Positions 47,856 through 58,733 of a DNA stretch of 64,000 nucleotides are shown here, piece by piece. Position 1 is the stretch's first letter. Every line of letters begins with the position of its first letter. Made by a program: the position numbers and the translations under genes. Source of the stretch: Betaproteobacteria bacterium TMED22 (GTDB taxonomy: Bacteria > Pseudomonadota > Gammaproteobacteria > Burkholderiales > Eutrophovitaceae); assembly GCA_002167745.1 (NCBI GenBank), contig NHCB01000006.1, positions 49,402-113,401 on the forward strand. The letters run 5' to 3'. Under the pieces are notes generated by a model. The model made no database searches. It saw nothing but the letters and a program-made list of their open reading frames with translations, and had not been told where the DNA came from.

Positions 47856-48977
47856 TTGTATGGAGACTCCATTCCACTTAGCAAACATGAAATTGAGACT
47901 TACCTAAAGAGAATCCGTATCTCGCTCGTTAACAAAAAACTGGTGAACAACTTAAAAAACGTTAACCGCATTCTTATTATCGCACCATCATGGTTGGGTG
48001 ACGCGGTAATGACTCACTCCCTAATTCGCAAACTGGCACAGACACACTTAAAGGCGTCAATAGATGTCTTCAGTGCTGATGCGCTTAAGGTTATTTTCAA
48101 ACAAATGCCGGAGATTGATAGGGTTATCGAAAACCCGTTCAGCCATGGAGAATTTAATATAAGAGCCCGTTTACGTATCGCGCGCGAGATCAAATCATGC
48201 GAATATGATGTCGCCTACATACTTCCGAATAGCCTTAAAAGTGCATTAATCCCTTTTTTTGCAAAAATTCCTAATCGCGTAGGATACACAGGAGAATCAA
48301 GATACGGGTTAATCAATCGCAGGCACGTTGTCGATAAAAACAAGTATCCGTTACTTGCCAGCCAATATTTACAACTCGCAAAGATTCATCCACTCGACAA
48401 TCTCACCCTAGATGAGTATCCAGCCTTGACGGTCGACCAAAGCGAGTCAATGCAAACGCTGAAAAAATTTAATGTCGATCCATTTCTGTCATACATTTGC
48501 TTGTGTCCAGGAGCTGAGTATGGACCAGCCAAACGTTGGCCCCAGCGACACTTTACAAAATTGATACACAGACTCTCCGAAAAGCAATTTGCCACTATCA
48601 CTTTAGGCGGTAAAAATGACATCAAAATTGGCGAAGCGATCCACGAGAATAGCCAACAAAAAATGCAAGACCTTACCGGTAAGACGACCTTAAATGAGGC
48701 GATTCATCTAATTGCACGAGCAAAATGCGTCGTTACCAATGATTCCGGCTTAATGCATGTGGCGGCGGCGCTAGACAAACCCTTAATTGCGTTATTTGGG
48801 TCCAGTTCTCCCAAATACACTCCACCGCTTTCAGATAAAGCTAAAATCCTTACAAAATCTTTACCATGCTCTCCTTGTTTCAAGCGAATATGTCCGCTTG
48901 GACATACCAATTGTCTAGAGGATATTACAGCGAATGAAGTCTTCATGAATATTTCAATATTGACCGAATCAGAATAG
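47856..48977 (+). CDS. waaF: ADP-heptose--LPS heptosyltransferase II
   Basis: ILIIAPSWLGDAVMTHSL, GAEYGPAKRWP and NDSGLMHVAAA. The true start is probably the internal GTG at 47943 (…VNNLKNVNRILII); the track ORF begins at a TTG at 47856. Confidence 0.88.
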   Translation: MYGDSIPLSKHEIETYLKRIRISLVNKKLVNNLKNVNRILIIAPSWLGDAVMTHSLIRKLAQTHLKASIDVFSADALKVIFKQMPEIDRVIENPFSHGEFNIRARLRIAREIKSCEYDVAYILPNSLKSALIPFFAKIPNRVGYTGESRYGLINRRHVVDKNKYPLLASQYLQLAKIHPLDNLTLDEYPALTVDQSESMQTLKKFNVDPFLSYICLCPGAEYGPAKRWPQRHFTKLIHRLSEKQFATITLGGKNDIKIGEAIHENSQQKMQDLTGKTTLNEAIHLIARAKCVVTNDSGLMHVAAALDKPLIALFGSSSPKYTPPLSDKAKILTKSLPCSPCFKRICPLGHTNCLEDITANEVFMNISILTESE

Positions 48978-48983
48978 GGGACG

Positions 48984-49958
48984 ATGTCTGACGACGCCAA
49001 AAATTCTGGTAATTACCGCGCTCCAAAATGGCTTAAAGGATCCCATTCACAAACTATTTTTCCGTTCTTACTGCTATCTCCAAGGATCATTCATTACGAA
49101 AGACAAACAATTGAAACTCCAGATGGTGATTTTTTGCATATCGATTGGGTCAACAGAAATAAAAATGCACCATTAGTGGTTGTTTTACATGGGCTTGAAG
49201 GAAGCTCTAAAAGCCACTATTCAAAAGCATTGATGAAGTATGTAAAGGCTTTAGATTGGACAGGCTGTGTTATTCACTTTCGAGGTTGCAGCGGTATACC
49301 GAACCGTCTACCGAGAGCCTACCACTCGGGAGACAGCGACGAGCTCGAGTGGCTCATTGCTTTACTACAGAAATTTAACTATGAAAAAATATTTATCGCT
49401 GGATACTCGTTAGGTGGAAATGTGCTGCTGAATTGGCTGGGCCGATCAAAATATCAAAATAATAAGTCAATCATTGCTGCTACCTCGATATCCGCTCCTT
49501 ACGATCTAACCGTTGCCGGAAATAGACTAAGCATGGGAATAAACAAAACTTACGGCCATCATTTTCTTCGGACACTCAAAAAGAAAGCGGTGCGTAAAAT
49601 CGAAGACCATAAATTAAACATCTCAATTAAACAAATCATGAAATGTAGGACACTGAAACAATTTGATAACTATTTTACTGCTCCATTACATGGATATGCT
49701 GATGTAAATGACTATTGGTCAAGGGCCAGCAGTAAACCTTTCCTCTCATCTATTAAAAAATCTACAATGATCATTCATGCTGAGAATGATCCATTCTTGC
49801 CAGGAACTGAGCTCAGGACACTCACCCAAAATAATGGCAAGATTATATTGAACTTAACAACCAATGGTGGCCACGTTGGCTATACTAGCGGATCATTTCC
49901 GGGTCACATCGATTGGCTGCCAAATCAAATTATCAGATACTTTAAGGAATTCTTATGA
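48984..49958 (+). CDS. YheT-like alpha/beta hydrolase
   Basis: VVVLHGLEGSS, the nucleophile elbow GYSLGGN and a late D/H (NDPF…GGHVG). Confidence 0.75.
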   Translation: MSDDAKNSGNYRAPKWLKGSHSQTIFPFLLLSPRIIHYERQTIETPDGDFLHIDWVNRNKNAPLVVVLHGLEGSSKSHYSKALMKYVKALDWTGCVIHFRGCSGIPNRLPRAYHSGDSDELEWLIALLQKFNYEKIFIAGYSLGGNVLLNWLGRSKYQNNKSIIAATSISAPYDLTVAGNRLSMGINKTYGHHFLRTLKKKAVRKIEDHKLNISIKQIMKCRTLKQFDNYFTAPLHGYADVNDYWSRASSKPFLSSIKKSTMIIHAENDPFLPGTELRTLTQNNGKIILNLTTNGGHVGYTSGSFPGHIDWLPNQIIRYFKEFL

Positions 49959-51325
49959 CGATAGATCCATCTATTTTTAAAGCATATGACATACGTGGTG
50001 TCGTCGGAACCTCCTTAACAATTGAAGGCGTAGCGTTAATTGGTAGAGCAATTGGTAGTCATATTGAGAATGGTAAACCAGTCTGCGTTGGCCGAGATGG
50101 GAGACTAAGCGGCCCCTCCATCGTCGCATCCCTGATAGAAGGGATAACATCTGCGGGCATCGACGTAGTGGATGTAGGACAGGTAACCTCCCCAGCATTA
50201 TATTTTTCAACTCATGAACTGAAAACAGGCAATGGCGTAATGGTCACTGGCAGCCATAATCCACCGGAATACAACGGCCTAAAAATCGTACTAGATGGCC
50301 ACGCTATTTACGGTCCACAAATTCTAAGCCTTCTCAAACTCATAGAAACGGAAAAATTCAACACCGGTCATGGTAACGTCACCACCATAGATATAAATGA
50401 ACGATACATGAACCGTATCAAGAGTGATATTAAGCTTACTCGTCCAATAAAAGTGTCAATTGATTGCGGCAATGGAGTCGCAGGTTTATACGCAAGTGAA
50501 GTTTTTAAGGCTCTAGGATGCGATGTAAGCGAACTTTTCTGCGACATTGACGGAAACTTTCCAAACCATCATCCTGATCCCTCCAAACCAGACAATTTAA
50601 AGGACATTATTAGAGATGTATCTGAGGGAGAATCTGAACTGGGTTTAGCGTTCGATGGAGATGCCGATCGACTGGGTGTTGTAACTAAAAATGGAGAAAT
50701 TATTTATCCAGATCGATTGATGATGATGTTTGCCGATGATTTACTCACAAGGCATCAAAATGCGGAAATCATTTATGACGTTAAGTGCTCTAGAGATCTG
50801 GGGAAATGGATAACGAAACGTGGGGGCCGACCCAAGATGTGGAAGACTGGACACTCTCTGATCAAAGCCGAAATGAAACGATCGAATATACTACTCGGGG
50901 GTGAAATGAGTGGTCATTTCTTTTTCAAAGAAAGGTGGTTTGGTTTCGACGATGGGATTTACGCTGGCGCCCGCCTTTTAGAATATCTAAGTAAACAACC
51001 ATCATTAGAGCGAGCGTTTAAAGGGTTGCCTAAGTCCGTTTCAACGCCAGAGTTACAAATCCAATGCGCAGAAGGTGAAAATTTCTCATTAACTGAAAAA
51101 TTGAAGACTTCGGATTGCTTTTCTACCGCTGTAGAAAAAATCACAATGGATGGAATCCGCGTTGAATATCAAGATGGATTTGGATTGGCCAGAGCGTCAA
51201 ACACAACGCCAAGCATCGTTCTTCGTTTTGAGGCAGATACCCAAGCCGCACTTAAACGAATAATAAACGAATTCCAAAGCGCGATTGTGGAGGTTGCACC
51301 GCACCTTTCTTTCCCAAAGGGTTAA
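49955..51325 (+). CDS. algC: Phosphomannomutase / phosphoglucomutase
   Basis: FKAYDIRG, the active-site TGSHNPPEYNG, the Mg site FDGDADR, GEMSGH and SNT.P. Confidence 0.92.
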   Translation: MTIDPSIFKAYDIRGVVGTSLTIEGVALIGRAIGSHIENGKPVCVGRDGRLSGPSIVASLIEGITSAGIDVVDVGQVTSPALYFSTHELKTGNGVMVTGSHNPPEYNGLKIVLDGHAIYGPQILSLLKLIETEKFNTGHGNVTTIDINERYMNRIKSDIKLTRPIKVSIDCGNGVAGLYASEVFKALGCDVSELFCDIDGNFPNHHPDPSKPDNLKDIIRDVSEGESELGLAFDGDADRLGVVTKNGEIIYPDRLMMMFADDLLTRHQNAEIIYDVKCSRDLGKWITKRGGRPKMWKTGHSLIKAEMKRSNILLGGEMSGHFFFKERWFGFDDGIYAGARLLEYLSKQPSLERAFKGLPKSVSTPELQIQCAEGENFSLTEKLKTSDCFSTAVEKITMDGIRVEYQDGFGLARASNTTPSIVLRFEADTQAALKRIINEFQSAIVEVAPHLSFPKG

Positions 51326-51341
51326 GCCAGTCAACCACCCT

Positions 51342-53969
51342 TTAATCTGCGCGCTCGGATATCCATCCTGCAACCGAATCGATAGCGGCGCTCAGTGCCT
51401 CTGGGTTTGTTCCACCCGCCTGAGCAAGGTCTGGCCGACCACCACCCTTTCCTCCAACTTGATTAGCAACATGATTCACCAAATCGCCTGCCTTAAATTT
51501 CTTGGTCAAATCATTAGTCACGCCGGCAATCAAAATAACTTTTTCATCGCTCACGGATGCTAATAATATAACTGCAGATTCCAATTTAGCTTTTAACTGA
51601 TCGACCGTCTGGCGCAACAACGAAGCATCTGCGTCAGGTAAAACAGTCGCTAACATATTGATCCCTTTCACCGATTTAGCCTTAGCAGCTATATCCTCAC
51701 CTTGACCTGACGCCATCTTTGATTTGATTCGAACTACCTCTTTTTCCAACCTCTTAACATTGTCGATCATTTGATTGAGTCGATCCGCTGCCTCGTCTGG
51801 TGCCACCTTTAATAACGATGAGATATCAAAAAATTGTTTCTCTCTCCGATGAATGTAATCGAGTGCTGCCTGTCCGGTGGTAGCCTCTATTCTTCTTATC
51901 CCTGAAGCAATACCGCTTTCAGTTATTATTTTAAATAGTCCGATATCTCCAGTTCTTTTAACATGAGTGCCACCGCATAATTCGGTGGAAAACTCTCCCA
52001 TCTCAATGACTCGAACCTCATCACCATACTTTTCACCAAACAAAGCGACAGCACCTGTATCAATCGCTTGGTCATAGCCCATCACGCGAGCCTGGACATT
52101 CGCGTTACCCCGAATGCTGGTGTTAACTGCGCTTTCTATCTCTACGAGCTGGGCAGGCGTAATGGGTTTGGGATGCGAGAAATCAAAACGAGTCCGATTC
52201 TCATCTACTAGAGATCCTTTTTGTTGCACATGATCTCCAAGGGCATCACGTAACGCAGCATGGAGTAGGTGGGTAGCCGAATGGTTAAACATCGTTGACA
52301 TCCGAACAGCAGCATCGACCTCTGTAGCGACTGAGTCGCCCACCTTCAATTCACCACTGGACACATCGCCGTGATGCCCAAAAACTCCGGCTTGAATTTT
52401 TTGGGTATCCGTCACACGAAAGGTTGAATAAGGCGATGCCTCTGTTGAGATACAACCACGGTCGCCGATCTGGCCACCAGACTCAGCATAAAAGGTCGTT
52501 TCGTCTAGCACAACAATACCTTTATCTCCTTTGACTAAACGACTTACTAGACTGCCGTCTTTGTATAAAGCGATCACTTTCGAACTAGTAACCAATGACT
52601 CATAGCCATGAAATTGGGTATTGCGTCCCTCATATTCTATGCCCTGAGTACTTTGAAACTTTGATGCGGCCCTCGCTCTTTGTCGCTGCTCTTCCATCGC
52701 CGCCTCAAAACCAGAGAGGTCAATCTGAATATTACGCTCACGAGCTATATCCGCGGTCAGGTCGACGGGAAAACCAAAAGTATCGTATAAGCGAAATACG
52801 GTTTCACCGTCTAGCATCTTGTCTTCTCTTAGCAAAGCAGACTCCAGCACACTCATACCTTTTTCAAGTGTTTCGGCGAAGCGGCGTTCTTCTTGAAACA
52901 GCACCTCAGAGACCTGTTCTTGTGCGGCGGTCAGCTCTGGGTATGCCGCACCCATCACATTAACTAAATCAGTAACCAAATTAGAGAAAAATGGTTTTGA
53001 TTGGCCTAATTTGTAACCGTGTCTAATTGCTCTTCGAATAATACGTCTCAGAACATAACCTCGACCTTCGTTACTAGGAATCACACCATCGACTATCAGA
53101 AAAGCACACGATCTAATATGATCAGCGATAACTCTTAATGAGGCACTTCCAGAATCTTCACAACCCGTCTCACGAGCGACCCCATGGATCAATGTTTGAA
53201 AAATATCAATCTCATAATTGGAGTGTACTTTTTGAAGGACAGCTGCCATGCGCTCCAAACCCATACCCGTATCTACAGAGGGTTTGGGAAGTGGTTTCAT
53301 GACACCTAATTCATCTCGATTAAACTGCATAAAAACTAAGTTCCAAATTTCTATGAACCGGTCACCATCTTCATTTTTAGATCCTGGCGGACCACCTTCT
53401 ACATCAGGCCCATGATCCCAAAATATTTCAGAGCACGGGCCACAAGGTCCCGTATCTCCCATTTGCCAAAAATTGTCGCTTTGATACTTTTGCCCGCCCG
53501 GCTTATCGCCAATACGAACAATACGCTCAGGTGGGACTTTAATATCATTAGCCCAAATCTCATATGCCTCGTCATCAGTCGCATAAACTGTTACCCACAT
53601 CCTACTTGGGTCTAATCCAAATTCTTCAGTTAACAAACCCCAAGCTAATCGTATTGCATCTGCCTTAAAATACTGTCCAAAACTAAAGTTACCGAGCATC
53701 TCAAAAAACGTATGGTGCCGCGCGGTATAACCTACATTCTCCAGATCATTATGCTTACCCCCTGCGCGAACGCAACGCTGAGAGGTTGTAGCGCGCGTGT
53801 AAGAACGCGTATCATGGCCAAGAAATACATCCTTGAATTGCACCATACCTGCATTTGTAAACAGTAATGTAGGATCATTTCCAGGGACCAATGGGCTACT
53901 TGAGACAATAGAATGTCCACTGCGCTCAAAGTACTTTAGAAACCGCTCTCTTATTTCATCACTTTTCAT
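51342..53969 (-). CDS. alaS: Alanine--tRNA ligase
   Basis: 875 aa with [12 protein letters not shown]…SSPLVP…, the editing-domain HxxxH/CxxxH ([14 protein letters not shown]) and a C-terminal DHHA1 domain. Confidence 0.98.
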   Translation of the reverse strand: MKSDEIRERFLKYFERSGHSIVSSSPLVPGNDPTLLFTNAGMVQFKDVFLGHDTRSYTRATTSQRCVRAGGKHNDLENVGYTARHHTFFEMLGNFSFGQYFKADAIRLAWGLLTEEFGLDPSRMWVTVYATDDEAYEIWANDIKVPPERIVRIGDKPGGQKYQSDNFWQMGDTGPCGPCSEIFWDHGPDVEGGPPGSKNEDGDRFIEIWNLVFMQFNRDELGVMKPLPKPSVDTGMGLERMAAVLQKVHSNYEIDIFQTLIHGVARETGCEDSGSASLRVIADHIRSCAFLIVDGVIPSNEGRGYVLRRIIRRAIRHGYKLGQSKPFFSNLVTDLVNVMGAAYPELTAAQEQVSEVLFQEERRFAETLEKGMSVLESALLREDKMLDGETVFRLYDTFGFPVDLTADIARERNIQIDLSGFEAAMEEQRQRARAASKFQSTQGIEYEGRNTQFHGYESLVTSSKVIALYKDGSLVSRLVKGDKGIVVLDETTFYAESGGQIGDRGCISTEASPYSTFRVTDTQKIQAGVFGHHGDVSSGELKVGDSVATEVDAAVRMSTMFNHSATHLLHAALRDALGDHVQQKGSLVDENRTRFDFSHPKPITPAQLVEIESAVNTSIRGNANVQARVMGYDQAIDTGAVALFGEKYGDEVRVIEMGEFSTELCGGTHVKRTGDIGLFKIITESGIASGIRRIEATTGQAALDYIHRREKQFFDISSLLKVAPDEAADRLNQMIDNVKRLEKEVVRIKSKMASGQGEDIAAKAKSVKGINMLATVLPDADASLLRQTVDQLKAKLESAVILLASVSDEKVILIAGVTNDLTKKFKAGDLVNHVANQVGGKGGGRPDLAQAGGTNPEALSAAIDSVAGWISERAD

Positions 53970-54010
53970 TCGCTTGTCTTTATTTTCCTTATTGGCACTT
54001 CTTTCACAAA

Positions 54011-54469
54011 TTAGAGATCATTCTGATCATCAGTACAATTCGGATCAGATAATACCGCTCTCACTGTGGATTGGTCGAAACCCCGATTCACTAAAAAACG
54101 GGCTTGCTTTGCCCAAGCAGATGGGCCATCTGGTTTCACACTATATTTTTTTGTCCAAACTAATTTAGCGGCATCAAGGTCTCCCTTAAGAACTTCCTCT
54201 CGGTACTCTGAAATTATAGATTTAGCCACGCCCCTTGACTCTAAATCCTGAAAAATTTTTCTCATGCCGAACCGATGGCGCTTGGTACGGATATATGCCT
54301 CAGCATAGCGATGATCATCAAGCCATCCATTAGACTCGAAATCGTCAAGTATTTGTTCTACCTCTCGCGGATCAGCCTCACGCAGTAAGAGCTTTTTACT
54401 AAGCTCCAGGCGCGTATACTCTCTCCGACCCAATAACCGCATCGCCGCTAATTTTAGCGATTCTTCCAA
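54011..54469 (-). CDS. recX: Recombination regulator RecX
   Basis: 152 aa of helical repeats ([16 protein letters not shown]…[11 protein letters not shown]). It lies directly downstream of recA. Confidence 0.88.
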   Translation of the reverse strand: MEESLKLAAMRLLGRREYTRLELSKKLLLREADPREVEQILDDFESNGWLDDHRYAEAYIRTKRHRFGMRKIFQDLESRGVAKSIISEYREEVLKGDLDAAKLVWTKKYSVKPDGPSAWAKQARFLVNRGFDQSTVRAVLSDPNCTDDQNDL

Positions 54470-54486
54470 TAAATATCTCCTGAAAC

Positions 54487-55518
54487 TTACTCCTCAGAAC
54501 TCTTATCGGGTGTCGAGGCGATAGCGGGTCTAACCCCAACAATCTCACGCACTTTATTTTCAATTTCAGTGGCCATCTGAGGGTTCTGTTTTAAAAATTC
54601 TCGAACATTATCTTTCCCTTGCCCGATACGATCGCCATTGTAGCTATACCATGCGCCAGCCTTATCCACTATATTGTGCTTTACGCCAAGATCAATGATT
54701 TCACCTTCTCTGGAAATTCCTTGCCCATATAGAATATCAAATTCAGCCTGCCTAAAAGGGGGGGCAACTTTGTTTTTAACTACCTTAGCTCGGGTTTCGT
54801 TTCCGATAATTTCATCAGATTTCTTAATCGCACCAATTCGTCGAATATCAATTCGAACAGACGAATAAAATTTCAATGCATTACCCCCTGTTGTTGTTTC
54901 GGGGCTACCAAACATCACACCGATTTTCATCCTTATCTGGTTAATAAAGATAACTAAGGTGTGGGAACGCTTTATATTTGCAGTCAGTTTTCGCAATGCT
55001 TGAGACATTAACCTAGCCTGCAAGCCCATTTGAGGCTCACCCATTTCACCTTCAATTTCCGCGCGAGGCGTAAGAGCCGCCACAGAATCCACCACCACCA
55101 CATCAACCGAACCCGATCGAACCAGCATGTCCGCAATTTCCAATGCCTGCTCACCATTATCTGGCTGAGAAATTAATAAATCATCAATATTCACACCAAG
55201 TTTAGTTGCATATTCAGGGTCTAGTGCATGCTCTGCATCAATGAAAGCCGCTGAGCCTCCTATTTTTTGCATCTCCGCAATAACGGAAAGTGTCAGCGTA
55301 GTCTTACCAGACGACTCTGGTCCATAAACTTCCACGACTCGACCTCTAGGCAAACCACCAATTCCTAACGCAATATCAAGGCCAAGTGAACCAGTTGATA
55401 CGACCTTCAAGTCCGGATTAACGTCCTGCTCCCCAAGCAACATAATGGAGCCCTTACCAAACTGCTTCTCAATCTGAGATAGTGCTGCCTCAAGCGCTTT
55501 TTGTCGATTTTCATTCAT
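54487..55518 (-). CDS. recA: Recombinase RecA
   Basis: [20 protein letters not shown], Walker [10 protein letters not shown] and the L1/L2 loops. Confidence 0.99.
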   Translation of the reverse strand: MNENRQKALEAALSQIEKQFGKGSIMLLGEQDVNPDLKVVSTGSLGLDIALGIGGLPRGRVVEVYGPESSGKTTLTLSVIAEMQKIGGSAAFIDAEHALDPEYATKLGVNIDDLLISQPDNGEQALEIADMLVRSGSVDVVVVDSVAALTPRAEIEGEMGEPQMGLQARLMSQALRKLTANIKRSHTLVIFINQIRMKIGVMFGSPETTTGGNALKFYSSVRIDIRRIGAIKKSDEIIGNETRAKVVKNKVAPPFRQAEFDILYGQGISREGEIIDLGVKHNIVDKAGAWYSYNGDRIGQGKDNVREFLKQNPQMATEIENKVREIVGVRPAIASTPDKSSEE

Positions 55519-55635
55519 AATATATTCGAACTCCGGATGTTAATGGGTTAATCGTAATAAGTAAGATTATCGCACAGCCATGACAAGTCTGAAGCAATGC
55601 CAATAAAAACAATTATTCACCAAAAATATTAATAA

Positions 55636-56148
55636 TTACGGCTTATCGTAAGTTAAAAATAACTCTAAAAGTCGTAAACTCTCCACAACCGACTGCAGAC
55701 GGACTTTCTCACGATCACCAGCGAATAAAAACTCCTTTGTCCTCAACCCTTTGACTTTGTCCCCAACGGCAACCCAAACCGTACCCACAGGCTTATCAGT
55801 GGTCCCTCCACCAGGTCCCGCAACCCCACTCGTGGCGATTGCGCAATCTGCTGTCGTTTTGCCTAATACTCCGTTTACCATGTTTTCAACGACAATCTCA
55901 GATACGGCACCAAATCGATCAATCGAAACTGGATCCACACCTAATTGATCTATTTTTGATCGATTTGAGTAAGTCACGAATCCTGAGTGAAACCAAGCAG
56001 AGCTTCCTGGTACCGCAGTGATAGATTGCGCCACCCATCCACCAGTGCAAGATTCAGCAGTACCGACAACCAAGTCTCTATCCATCAGCAAATCGCCTAA
56101 ACGCTTACTTATCAGCCGGATGTCCGCTTCAAAATGGGAAGTCATCAT
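55636..56148 (-). CDS. pncC: CinA C-terminal domain protein / nicotinamide-nucleotide amidohydrolase PncC
   Basis: 170 aa with TAESCTGGW…SGVAGPGGGT..KPVGTV. Confidence 0.82.
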   Translation of the reverse strand: MMTSHFEADIRLISKRLGDLLMDRDLVVGTAESCTGGWVAQSITAVPGSSAWFHSGFVTYSNRSKIDQLGVDPVSIDRFGAVSEIVVENMVNGVLGKTTADCAIATSGVAGPGGGTTDKPVGTVWVAVGDKVKGLRTKEFLFAGDREKVRLQSVVESLRLLELFLTYDKP

Positions 56149-56161
56149 AAACTAGGCTCTT

Positions 56162-56674
56162 CTATGCAGGCACATTAATGAACATCAATAAAATCATCAT
56201 TAAGAAAAGAGTATATCCAGCGGCAAATAAATCATCGAGCATAACGCCCAGCCCACCTTTGACCCTCTGATCTATTTGACGAATCCCGAAAGGCTTAACA
56301 ATATCAAAAATACGAAATAAGACAAAAGCTAAGATGTGGAGATAAAAATGACCCGGAATAAACGCCAATATGACTCCAAAAGCGACAAATTCGTCAATCA
56401 CGATCGCTGAATGGTCCGATTCGCCCAGAACTTTTTCAGAAGACGTGCAAACTGCAATACCCAAAAAAAACATTCCAGTCCAAAAGACAAGTAACGCATA
56501 TTGAGAGAAAAATGGGCTTAATGCATGGTGTATCGGAAACGCAATTAAAGTACCCCATGTACCTGGCCCTGGACGAATCAAACCAACACCAAAACCACAC
56601 GCCAAAAACAAATGCGGACTTTTAAATAATCGTGCTATCAAATCTAATTTATTTTCTTTTTGCAAAATGATCAA
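56162..56674 (-). CDS. pgpA: Phosphatidylglycerophosphatase A
   Basis: GFGVGLIRPGPGTWGT…DEF.A…FR.FDI.KP. The ORF start overlaps the thiL end. Confidence 0.87.
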   Translation of the reverse strand: MIILQKENKLDLIARLFKSPHLFLACGFGVGLIRPGPGTWGTLIAFPIHHALSPFFSQYALLVFWTGMFFLGIAVCTSSEKVLGESDHSAIVIDEFVAFGVILAFIPGHFYLHILAFVLFRIFDIVKPFGIRQIDQRVKGGLGVMLDDLFAAGYTLFLMMILLMFINVPA

Positions 56675-57617
56675 AGCCCCTTTGAAAGCTAACCGTCAGT
56701 TCCTCACCATCATCTCGTACGATTACACCCGATCCACTCCTTACCTTGCCAATTCTAGTTAAGGTTAAATCTAACTCACGGGCAATATTACCTATTTGCT
56801 CAGCCGCATCTGTGTTAGCTGTGAATAACAATTCATAATCATCTCCCCCTCCGAGAATACAGTTCTTAATATTTTGATCCCTTCTCGACGAGTTTAAAAC
56901 TCGATGCGTTGGTATCGTTTCAAAATCAATAACAATTTGGACATCCGATTCATCTGCCACATGCCAGGCATCAGCGACTAATCCATCTGAAATATCAATC
57001 GCAGCATTTGCAATTCCTGCTAACTTTTCTCCGAGCTCTACCCTAGGGTTAGGCTTATGCAATCGAAGCAGGAAGTCTTCCTCATCCTTTTTAGAGAATC
57101 TAAGCGTACCCTCTTGTATCGAAAGACCAACAGCTCCCAAGCCAATCAAACCTGACACCCACACATCATCATCAGAGATGGCTTGATCCCGTCGCAAGGC
57201 GTCGTCAGGATTTACAGAGCCAATTGCTGTGAGGGTTATCGACAAGACATCTCCCTGCGTCGTATCACCGCCAACCAAAGTCACGCCATATCGATTCAGC
57301 AGTGAGTAAAGACCCTCCGAAAAACGCTCTATCCAAGCTTCATCAGAAAACGGTAATGTGATGGCCAGTAAAACATACTGAGGTGTAGCTCCCATCGCAG
57401 CTAGGTCAGATAAATTGACAGCTACGGATTTAAAACCGATCGAATATGGATCCTCGGAAGATAGAAAATGGGTTCCACTCACCAAGGTGTCGGTAGTTAT
57501 GACTAAATCTCTACCTCCTCCAACGTCAATTAACGCCCCGTCATCTCCCACGCCAAGCCGAACACCATCAGCGTGATTATCAAAATATCGTTGAATAATA
57601 TCGAACTCGGAAGCCAA
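56649..57617 (-). CDS. thiL: Thiamine-monophosphate kinase
   Basis: EFDIIQRYF…GDDGA…DTLVSGTHF…NLSDLAAMGA…GGD. Confidence 0.92.
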   Translation of the reverse strand: MASEFDIIQRYFDNHADGVRLGVGDDGALIDVGGGRDLVITTDTLVSGTHFLSSEDPYSIGFKSVAVNLSDLAAMGATPQYVLLAITLPFSDEAWIERFSEGLYSLLNRYGVTLVGGDTTQGDVLSITLTAIGSVNPDDALRRDQAISDDDVWVSGLIGLGAVGLSIQEGTLRFSKKDEEDFLLRLHKPNPRVELGEKLAGIANAAIDISDGLVADAWHVADESDVQIVIDFETIPTHRVLNSSRRDQNIKNCILGGGDDYELLFTANTDAAEQIGNIARELDLTLTRIGKVRSGSGVIVRDDGEELTVSFQRGFDHFAKRK

Positions 57618-57799
57618 CCATGGACCTTTATTTTCTATTAAAGCAGTTTATGTTCCTCAACTACGTCCTCTATTCATCGACTCTTGATAAGCTTTGTTGC
57701 GGCATCTGGGTTTGACCTAAACCTCCAGTATTGATGAGGCCATTTGACGCATCAATAGTAATCTGGCCAGAACAGGTGTGTTGCCCATCAACGTTCAGC

Positions 57800-58216
57800 C
57801 TAGGATTGCGGCTCACGACAACCCTTCAGATAGCGGTCTAAAACACCATTGATGTACTTATGCCCGTCGGTACCCCCGAACTGCTTCGCCAGTTCAACAC
57901 ATTCATTAATAACCACCTTAAAGGGAACCTCGGATATCTCATTAAGTTCAACCATCGCAATGAGTAAAATAGCTTTCTCTATTGGGGATATTTGAGTTAG
58001 AGGACGATCTAAGCAGGATTCAATATTCCGATAGTGCTCATCCGCCTGATGAATAGCAGCCTGTAAAATATCGCGAGTATAGTTTGCATCGGCTTTGTGA
58101 TACTCCTCCTCCTTTAACAGAGTCTCAACAATCCGTTCAACATCCACCTCATTTATTTGCCAGTGATACAAGCCTTTGACCGCCAGGATACGCGCATACC
58201 TACGACTACCTTTCAT
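57800..58216 (-). CDS. nusB: Transcription antitermination factor NusB
   Basis: 138 aa with R..AR..AV..LY…, downstream of ribH as usual. Confidence 0.93.
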   Translation of the reverse strand: MKGSRRYARILAVKGLYHWQINEVDVERIVETLLKEEEYHKADANYTRDILQAAIHQADEHYRNIESCLDRPLTQISPIEKAILLIAMVELNEISEVPFKVVINECVELAKQFGGTDGHKYINGVLDRYLKGCREPQS

Positions 58217-58682
58217 AAATTTTGTCCAGTAAACTCACCATCCCCACTGCGACATTGGCACACTCTTTGGATTTCTGCTCCATTCGCTCCAGTACTTGGT
58301 CAATATTTTCGCAAGTCAAAATTCCATTAGCAATAGGCGTGCCAGAATTCAATTGCACCTCTAAAATTCCTCTTGCGGATTCATTAGCGACAATTTCGAA
58401 GTGATATGTCTCTCCCCTAATTACAGACCCAAGCGCTACCAAAGTATCAAAGTTCCCTGCCTTTGCCATAGCATCTAAGACAATGGGAATCTCAAGCGCC
58501 CCAGGGACTTCAACGTTAGCAATATCATCCGGCCTAACTCCTAATGTTACCAGTTGATCGACACATGCCAGGTGCATACTATCAGCGACGCTCTTATTGA
58601 ATTGAGCAATGACGATGCCAACTTTTAAACCCTCACCGTCCTTTTCATCAAGCGCTTGTTGCTCTAAATTTTGCAAGCCCAT
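58206..58682 (-). CDS. ribH: 6,7-dimethyl-8-ribityllumazine synthase
   Basis: VGIVIAQFN…VPGALEIP…ALG.VIRG.T.HFE.V. Confidence 0.94.
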   Translation of the reverse strand: MGLQNLEQQALDEKDGEGLKVGIVIAQFNKSVADSMHLACVDQLVTLGVRPDDIANVEVPGALEIPIVLDAMAKAGNFDTLVALGSVIRGETYHFEIVANESARGILEVQLNSGTPIANGILTCENIDQVLERMEQKSKECANVAVGMVSLLDKIYER

Positions 58683-58733
58683 TACCCCTTAAAATTTCGT
58701 AAGACCATCAATCCCGAATTTATATACTCTGAT

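Noticed and set aside
51285-51563. 92-aa plus-strand ORF spanning the algC end and alaS end
   Set aside because: It overlaps the C-terminal coding region of alaS on the opposite strand and the algC stop. It has no supporting motif.
55519-55635. Possible LexA/SOS box upstream of recA
   Set aside because: I looked on both strands for CTGT-N8-ACAG-type palindromes. I found only CTGTGCGATAATCTTAC, which lacks the ACAG half-site, so I make no call.
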